From: an uncultured Actinomycetota bacterium
GTDB taxonomy: Bacteria > Actinomycetota > Actinomycetes > JACCUZ01
Assembly: GCA_963723975.1 (NCBI GenBank)
Contig: CAVRTI010000002.1
Location: forward strand, 199,473 to 263,472
Length of the DNA: 64,000 bases
Direction of reading: 5' to 3'
This document shows positions 58,253 through 64,000 of this stretch, piece after piece. Each line of letters starts with the position of its first letter. Positions within the stretch are counted from its first letter, which is position 1. Position numbers and translations under genes: made by a program. Under the pieces are notes generated by a model. The model was not told the origin of the DNA and made no database searches. It was given only the letters and a program-made list of their open reading frames with translations.

Positions 58253-58915
58253 TCAGGCCGGCTGGGGGGCGAAGTGGCCCTCCAGCCGGCTGCGCACACG
58301 GGCGCGGCCGTGGTTGAGCAGGGCCCGCACCTGCTCCGCCGGCCGCCCGAGGATCTGCACGATCTCGGCCACGTCACAGCCCGCCACGTCACGCAGCCCG
58401 ACCACCACCCGCTCCGGCTGCGGCAGATCCTCGAGGGCCGCACGCAGAACCTGGCCGATCCCCCGGTCGGCCGGTCGGCCGTCCTCGAGCGCCGGCCAGG
58501 GCGCCGGCGGCAGGGCCCAGTGGCCGGGCCACTCCGCGTCGCCCGGCGGACGGAAGCGCGCCGCCTCGACGGGCGGCTCCGGCTCGACCGGAGGCCCGCC
58601 CCGGGCCGGGACCGCCCCCACCCGGCGGACCATCAGCGAGCAGACCCAGGCCCGCAGGCCGGGCGGCGGCTGGAAGGTCGACACCTCGCTGAGCATCTGC
58701 AGCCAGGTGTCGCGCACCAGCGCCTCTGCCCGGTCCCGGTCGCCGGTGAGCGCCAGCGCCGTGCGCACGAGCATCGGGGACCAGACCTGCACGATCCCGG
58801 CGAAAGCGGCCGCATCCCCGGCCCGCAGCGCCGCGAGCCGCGGCCCCTCGGACTCGAGGTCCACGTCTGCCCCGGCCCGGCGGTCGTGCCGGCCTGCGTC
58901 GGTCATGGTCAGCAC
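58253..58915 (-). CDS. ECF-type RNA polymerase sigma factor
   Basis: Region 2 (AEALVRDTWLQML) and region 4 (CDVAEIVQILGRPAEQVRALLNHGRARVR). No adjacent anti-sigma gene. Confidence 0.85.
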   Translation of the reverse strand: MLTMTDAGRHDRRAGADVDLESEGPRLAALRAGDAAAFAGIVQVWSPMLVRTALALTGDRDRAEALVRDTWLQMLSEVSTFQPPPGLRAWVCSLMVRRVGAVPARGGPPVEPEPPVEAARFRPPGDAEWPGHWALPPAPWPALEDGRPADRGIGQVLRAALEDLPQPERVVVGLRDVAGCDVAEIVQILGRPAEQVRALLNHGRARVRSRLEGHFAPQPA

Positions 58916-59023
58916 GCTAGGCCGGTCCGGCGCGCCGCGGGGGACGGTACGCCGGGCCGGGCGCCGATCTCACCCGGGTGAGGTTGTTCGCCGAGACCGT
59001 GGACGCGGTCCGGGGAAGGCGGT

Positions 59024-61309
59024 ATGTCCTGGGCGTACACCCTTCCCGGCACCATCGGGCCGTCCCCTGGGGGTGAACCCGTGCCCCGGTCCCCGGCACC
59101 CGCTCAGACCCACCCCGCCCTGCTCGCCACCAAGGTGCATCCGCCGCAGGGCCGTCGCCGGCTGCTCGAGCGGGGCGCGCTCGTCGACCGGCTGGTGGCC
59201 GGGCGGTCGGGACGGCTCACGGTCGTGAGCGCCCCTGCCGGATGGGGCAAGACGACCATCGTCCTGCAGTGGTGCCGGCGCACCGCCGTCGACGGCACTC
59301 CCTTCGGCTGGGTGTCCCTCGACGAGGACGACAGCGACCCGATGACGTTCTGGGCCTACGTCGTCGGTGCGCTCGGCGCCATGTTCCCGGGATACACGAG
59401 CGAGGCCCAGCGGCTGGCCGGCCAGGGCGGGCTGGACGTGCGGGCCAGGCTCGTCCCCGCCCTGGTCAACGGTCTGGCCGGCGCGCCGGCCGGTGGGGTA
59501 CTGGTTCTGGACGACTACCACGCGGTGCGGTCCCCGCAGGTCGACGAGCAGGTGGGCTTCCTGATCGACCACCTGCCGCCCACCCTGCACCTCGCCGTGG
59601 TCACCCGGTCCGAGCCGGCGCTGCCGCTGGCCCGGCTGCGCGCCCGGGGCGAGCTGACCGAGCTGCACGCCGCGGACCTGCGCTTCTCCCCGGGTGAGGC
59701 GGCTGCGCTGCTCAACAACGTGCTCGGGCTCCGGCTGGGCCGCGACGACGTCGTCACCCTCCAGCAGCGCACCGAGGGCTGGGCAGCGCTGCACCTCGCG
59801 GCTCTGCACCTCGCGGCCCTGTCGCTGCGGACCGGTGGCGACGCGACCGCGGCGATCGGCGGCTTCTCCGGCGAGCACGACCACCTCGTCCAGTACCTCG
59901 GCTCGGAGGTGCTCTCGCGGCTCGACCCCGCGCTGCGGTCCTGGCTCACGGAGACCTCGGTGCTGGACCGGTTCTGCGTGTCGCTGTGCGACGCCGTCAC
60001 GGGCCGCACCGACGGCGCGGAGATGCTGCGCCGTGCCGAGCAGGCGAACCTGTTCGTCATCGCCCTGGACGACCGGCACGACTGGCTGCGCTTCCACCAC
60101 CTGTTCGCCGAGATGCTGCGCCGGGAGCTCGCCGGTGCGGAGGCCGGTCACAGGGCCGTGCTGAACCGACGGGCAGCCGGGTGGTACGCCGCGCACGACC
60201 TGCCCGTCGACGCCGTCCGGCACGCGCTGCAGGGCGGCGACCTCGGCACCGCCCACCGGCTGGCCGGCCGGCACTGGAACCACGAGTACAACGCCGGGCG
60301 GCTGGCCACGGTCGACGGCTGGCTGACCGCGCTGGGCGAGGAGCGGGTGCGCCAGGACCCGTGGCTGTCAGCAGCGCGGGTGCTGATCTGGGCCGACGAG
60401 GGCCGGCTGGACGAGCTGGACGCGTGGCTGGAGGTGGACCCGACGGTCGACGGCTACCCCTACGCCGTCCTGCGGGCGCTGCACCGGTTCAAGTCCGGCG
60501 ACCTGGGGCGAGCCGGTGCCGAGCTCGCCCGCTCGCAGCGGCTGCGGTCGGAGAGCGAGCCCTTCTGGCCCACGGTCGAGCGCTGCGTCCGCGGGACGAC
60601 CGCGTACTGGTCGGGCGACCTGGCGACCGCCCGTACCTCCCTGGCCTCGGCCACCACCCTGGCCCGCTCGTACGACAACGCCGCGGGTCTCACCTACGCC
60701 ACGGGCTACCTCGCCCTGATGGCCCTCGACGCGGAGGACGTCGTCACGGCGCGCCGCAGGCTCGACCAGGTCGCGGCCCACCTCGACCCCAGGGGCGACC
60801 TGGCCACCCACTTCGTGCTCGCCCTGCCGCTGCTCGCCCTCGGCCGGCTGCTGCAGCGGGACGGCGATCTCGACGCGGCCCACCGGGCGCTCACCCGCGC
60901 GGCGACCTGCGCCAGGGGTGGGGCCGGCCGGCTGGAGCGGGTGGCCACGACCGCGGCACTGGCCCGGATGGCAGACCGTCTCGGCGACCGGGAGCAGTCC
61001 GCCGGGCTGCTCCGCGAGGCCGCGGCGCTGCTGCGCCTGTGCCCGGACGCCGGCCGCGCGGCGGCGCTCGTGGCCGACGAGCCATCCGCCCCCCGGGTGC
61101 GGCCGGCCGACGGCGGCCGGGAGCTGACCGCCCGGGAGGCAGCCCTGCTCCGGCTGCTGCCCAGCCAGCTCACTCTGCGGGAGATCGCCGACGAGCTCTA
61201 CGTCTCGCACAACACCGCGAAGACGCACTCGCGGACGCTGTACCGCAAGCTCGGTGTGGCGACGCGGGACCAGGCGGTGGTTGCTGCCCGCAACGGTGGG
61301 CTGCTCTGA
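59024..61309 (+). CDS. large ATP-binding LuxR-family regulator (LAL/MalT-like)
   Basis: Walker A SAPAGWGKTT, Walker B VLVLDDYH, TPR-like middle region, C-terminal LuxR HTH (LTAREAALLRLLPSQLTLREIADELYVSHNTAKTHSRTLYRKLGV). Confidence 0.9.
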   Translation: MSWAYTLPGTIGPSPGGEPVPRSPAPAQTHPALLATKVHPPQGRRRLLERGALVDRLVAGRSGRLTVVSAPAGWGKTTIVLQWCRRTAVDGTPFGWVSLDEDDSDPMTFWAYVVGALGAMFPGYTSEAQRLAGQGGLDVRARLVPALVNGLAGAPAGGVLVLDDYHAVRSPQVDEQVGFLIDHLPPTLHLAVVTRSEPALPLARLRARGELTELHAADLRFSPGEAAALLNNVLGLRLGRDDVVTLQQRTEGWAALHLAALHLAALSLRTGGDATAAIGGFSGEHDHLVQYLGSEVLSRLDPALRSWLTETSVLDRFCVSLCDAVTGRTDGAEMLRRAEQANLFVIALDDRHDWLRFHHLFAEMLRRELAGAEAGHRAVLNRRAAGWYAAHDLPVDAVRHALQGGDLGTAHRLAGRHWNHEYNAGRLATVDGWLTALGEERVRQDPWLSAARVLIWADEGRLDELDAWLEVDPTVDGYPYAVLRALHRFKSGDLGRAGAELARSQRLRSESEPFWPTVERCVRGTTAYWSGDLATARTSLASATTLARSYDNAAGLTYATGYLALMALDAEDVVTARRRLDQVAAHLDPRGDLATHFVLALPLLALGRLLQRDGDLDAAHRALTRAATCARGGAGRLERVATTAALARMADRLGDREQSAGLLREAAALLRLCPDAGRAAALVADEPSAPRVRPADGGRELTAREAALLRLLPSQLTLREIADELYVSHNTAKTHSRTLYRKLGVATRDQAVVAARNGGLL
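59789..59818 (+). repeat. 15-bp in-frame tandem duplication (14/15 identical) inside the LAL regulator
   Basis: ctgcacctcgcggct / ctgcacctcgcggcc, encoding LHLAA-LHLAA. Confidence 0.85.
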
Positions 61310-61347
61310 GGGTGGCGGGGCTGACCGACGCCGTACCGGCCGGCCAA

Positions 61348-61368
61348 GGTGCCGGTCAGACCGGCACC
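61348..61368. terminator. GC-rich hairpin GGTGCCGG-tcaga-CCGGCACC between convergent genes
   Basis: 8-bp perfect stem with a 5-nt loop and no U tract. The loop contains the stop codon of the egtD remnant. Confidence 0.3.
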
Positions 61369-61667
61369 GCGAGGGACACCGCATAGTCGCCGGCCGGGTC
61401 GGTCCACCAGGAGTGCAGCCGCAGCCCCGCCTCGGCGTACTCCTGCTGGAGACCGGCCCTGGTGAACTTCGCGGACACCTCGGTGCGCACCGTCTCGCCT
61501 GCGTCGAACACGACGTCCAGACCCAGCGCGGCAATGCGGACGGTCTGCGCGCGGACCGAGCGCAGGTGCATCTCGATCCACGACTCGGCGGCGTTCCACC
61601 GCGCCTCGTGGGCGAACGCGGCCAGGTCGAAGTCGGCACCCAGCTCGCGGTCGATGGTCGCGGTCAT
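61356..61667 (-). pseudogene. egtD: C-terminal fragment (103 codons) of an EgtD-like histidine N-alpha-methyltransferase
   Basis: MTATIDRELGADFDLAAFAHEARWNAAESWIEMHLRSVRAQTVRIAALGLDVVFDAGETVRTEVSAKF...WWTDPAGDYAVSLAVPV matches only the last third of EgtD-type enzymes. Its ATG overlaps the MFS stop (ATGA). Confidence 0.65.
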
Positions 61668-62953
61668 GCAGTGTCTTCCTCGGCCGGCACCGGGGCGGGC
61701 GCCCCGTCGGCGGTCCCGACCACGAGGTCGGCGGCAACCCCCGTACGTCGGGCCAGCGCGAGGAACGGGATGGCACAGGCCTGCACCGCTGCGCTGAGCC
61801 CGAAGGTGAGCGCGTAGCTGCTGACGTCGGCCACCCGGCCGAACGCGGGTTGTACGACGACTCCGCCGGCCGAGCTGAGCAGCGAGTCGAACGAGAGCAC
61901 GGTAGCCCGCTGCTGGGACGGGATCTGGTCGTTGAGGTACGCCTGCCGGATCGGCATCGAGACGGCGCTGGCGAGGCCCCACACCACCAGCAGCCCGACC
62001 ACCACCCAGAACACCTGCACGAGGCTGACGAACAGCAGCGCCGCGACGCTCACCGTCGCCGAGGCGATCAGCAGCGAGGTACGCCGGCGGAAAAGCGTGC
62101 GCAGCCGGGGCGCCGAGAGCCCACCGACGATCTGCGCGCCCGCCACGATGGCCGCCGCGAGCCCGGCGATCCCGTAGGCCCCCTGGTCGCCGTACAGCTC
62201 GAGCAGGTACGGCTGCATCGCGTAGAACGCGTAGATGCTGACGCCGCCGACGAACGGCGACGTGAGCATGACCCAGCGGACCGAAGGTCGACCCAGCCCG
62301 TACCGCAGCGAGTCGTTGAAGATCCGCTTCACCTCGGGTCCGGGTCGTTTGCCGCGCAGGGGGGTGAACCCGAGGTCGTGCATCATCAAGAAGGCCAGCA
62401 CGAAGGTCACACCGAGCAGGACGCTGCGCACGACGAACGGGACGCCGAGGCTGGTGACCTGGGCGATGACGCCGCCGAGGACCGAGCCGGTGAGCATCGC
62501 CCCGCCACCCACGGCCTGCCCCTTGGCGAAGACCGGGTCCAGCGGACCGTCGTACCCGGTGTGCCGAAGCGCGTCGACCAGCCAGGCCTCGACGGCCCCG
62601 GAGAAGAAGGTGAATCCCAGCCCGATCAGCACCGACACCACCGCCCACGCCCAGAACGGCGCGTTCGTCTGCCACATCAGCACGTAGGAAAGCGTCGAGG
62701 TGGTCAGGGTCAACGAGCCGAGCAGGAAGGAGAACCGGCGACCACGCAGGTCGGCCACCACGCCGGTGGGCACCTCGAACAGCATCATCCCGGCGGTGAA
62801 GAACGCGTTGGCCGCGAAGGCCTCGAGGTTGTTCAGGCCGGCGTCCAGCAGGAAGAGCGTGTTGATGCCCCAGATCAGGGACGCCGACAACGTGGTGAAC
62901 AGCGTCAGCGTCAGGTAGGTGCGCTGGACCTTGGCAGACTCGCTGCCCATCAC
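61664..62953 (-). CDS. MFS transporter
   Basis: 12-TM-like pattern with an MFS loop motif (VADLRGRR). Confidence 0.9.
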   Translation of the reverse strand: MMGSESAKVQRTYLTLTLFTTLSASLIWGINTLFLLDAGLNNLEAFAANAFFTAGMMLFEVPTGVVADLRGRRFSFLLGSLTLTTSTLSYVLMWQTNAPFWAWAVVSVLIGLGFTFFSGAVEAWLVDALRHTGYDGPLDPVFAKGQAVGGGAMLTGSVLGGVIAQVTSLGVPFVVRSVLLGVTFVLAFLMMHDLGFTPLRGKRPGPEVKRIFNDSLRYGLGRPSVRWVMLTSPFVGGVSIYAFYAMQPYLLELYGDQGAYGIAGLAAAIVAGAQIVGGLSAPRLRTLFRRRTSLLIASATVSVAALLFVSLVQVFWVVVGLLVVWGLASAVSMPIRQAYLNDQIPSQQRATVLSFDSLLSSAGGVVVQPAFGRVADVSSYALTFGLSAAVQACAIPFLALARRTGVAADLVVGTADGAPAPVPAEEDTA

Positions 62954-62962
62954 CGTTCCTGC

Positions 62963-64000
62963 CTACTTCAGCAGCTGTCGGGCCATCACCAGGCGCTGGA
63001 CCTGGTTGGTGCCCTCGTAGATCTGGGTGATCTTCGCGTCCCGCATCATCCGCTCGACCGGGTAGTCCTTGACGTAGCCGTAGCCGCCGAGGACCTGCAC
63101 CGCGTCGGTGGTGACCTCCATCGCGATGTCGGAGGCGTAGCACTTCGCCGCGGCCCCGAAGAACGTGAGGTCCTTGTCGCCGCGCTCGGACTTCGCGGCG
63201 GCCACGTAGGTCATCTGCCGGGCCGTCTCGACCTTCATCGCCATGTCCGCGAGCATGAACTGGATGCCCTGGAACTCGGCGATGGCCTTGCCGAACTGCT
63301 TGCGCTCCTTGGCGTACGCCGTCGCGTAGGCCAGCGCGCCGGACGCGATGCCGACGGCCTGCGCGGCGATCGTGACGCGAGTGTGGTCCAGCGTGCGCAG
63401 CGCGGTCTTGAAGCCGGTGCCCTCGGCGCCGACCAGCCGGTCGGCGGGGATCCGGCAGTCGTCGAAGTACAGCTCGCGGGTCGGCGACCCCTTGATGCCG
63501 AGCTTCTTCTCCGGCGCCCCGAAGGTGAAGCCCTCGTCGGACTTCTCCACCACGAACGCGGAGATGCCGTTCGCTCCCGCGTCCGGGTCGGTCACGGCCA
63601 TCACCGTGTAGTACTCGGACACGCCCGCGTTGGTGATCCAGCGCTTCGCGCCGTTGAGCACGTAGCCGTCGCCGTCGCGGACGGCGGTGGTCTTCATGGC
63701 GACCGCGTCGCTGCCGGCCTCCGGCTCGCTCAGCGCGTAGGAGAACATCGCATCCCCGGCGGCCACGGCGGGCAGGTAGCGCTTGAGCAGGTCCTCGGAC
63801 GCCGAGAGCAGCAGCGGCATCGTGCCCAGCTTGTTCACCGCCGGGATCAGCGAGGTCGAGGCGCAGGCCCGTGCGACCTCCTCGATCACGATGCAGGTGG
63901 CCAGGGCGTCAGCCCCGGCGCCGCCGTACTCCTCGGGGATGTGCACGGCGTGGAAGTCCGCCTTGCGTAGTGCGTCGTAGGAGTCCTGCGGGAACTCGGC
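62963..64000 (-). CDS. acyl-CoA dehydrogenase (5' end outside window)
   Basis: ACAD pattern (ALSEPEAGSD, KRWITNAG, GYGYVKDYPVERMMRDAKITQIYEGTNQVQR). The frame stays open to the window edge. Confidence 0.9.
   Translation of the reverse strand, partial: AEFPQDSYDALRKADFHAVHIPEEYGGAGADALATCIVIEEVARACASTSLIPAVNKLGTMPLLLSASEDLLKRYLPAVAAGDAMFSYALSEPEAGSDAVAMKTTAVRDGDGYVLNGAKRWITNAGVSEYYTVMAVTDPDAGANGISAFVVEKSDEGFTFGAPEKKLGIKGSPTRELYFDDCRIPADRLVGAEGTGFKTALRTLDHTRVTIAAQAVGIASGALAYATAYAKERKQFGKAIAEFQGIQFMLADMAMKVETARQMTYVAAAKSERGDKDLTFFGAAAKCYASDIAMEVTTDAVQVLGGYGYVKDYPVERMMRDAKITQIYEGTNQVQRLVMARQLLK

Overview
Very GC-rich window (third codon positions are almost all G/C) with actinobacterial-type gene content. 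I saw no rRNA, tRNA, CRISPR array, transposase or integrase.

Layout:
1. 0.3-6.9 kb: FAD oxidase, LuxR regulator, small membrane protein, and an ECF sigma / zinc-finger anti-sigma pair coupled to an ABC transporter.
2. 7-30 kb: a large cell-wall glycopolymer (teichoic-acid-like) locus. It holds three GT2 + CDP-glycerol glycerophosphotransferase (TagF-like) fusion genes, two sulfotransferases, a GT4, two further GT2s, two CDP-alcohol phosphatidyltransferases, a TagGH-like ABC exporter, a glycerol-1-phosphate-dehydrogenase-like enzyme, a cytidylyltransferase-like enzyme and an LCP ligase. An arr (rifampin ADP-ribosyltransferase) homolog and a secreted nuclease are embedded in it.
3. 30.4-33.5 kb: a tightly coupled pair, an acidic repeat protein followed by a membrane HExxH protease with a PqqD/RRE-like N-terminal domain. 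It lies between two LCP paralogs. This is my best candidate for an uncharacterised system.
4. 35-41 kb: a dihydroxyacetone locus (glpF-dhaK-dhaL-EI-like / IclR / dhaM-HPr) with a shared operator-like palindrome in both promoter regions.
5. 41-49 kb: an ECF sigma with two tandem zinc-finger anti-sigma genes, GH15, a redoxin, EamA, a disulfide oxidoreductase and a cation/proton antiporter.
6. 49-57.8 kb: one long minus-strand operon (redoxin, two lactonases, GlcG-GlcG-cupin fusion, GMC oxidoreductase, cyclase, SDR, hypothetical).
7. 57.8-64 kb: gene remnants (GH63-like, egtD), an ECF sigma, a large LuxR/LAL regulator, an MFS transporter and a partial acyl-CoA dehydrogenase.

About 20 single-nucleotide frameshifts interrupt otherwise well-conserved genes, most of them between 36 and 53 kb. 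They are either consensus indel errors or real gene decay, and this must be settled before any functional inference. All family calls come from motif recognition by eye; no database search was run.
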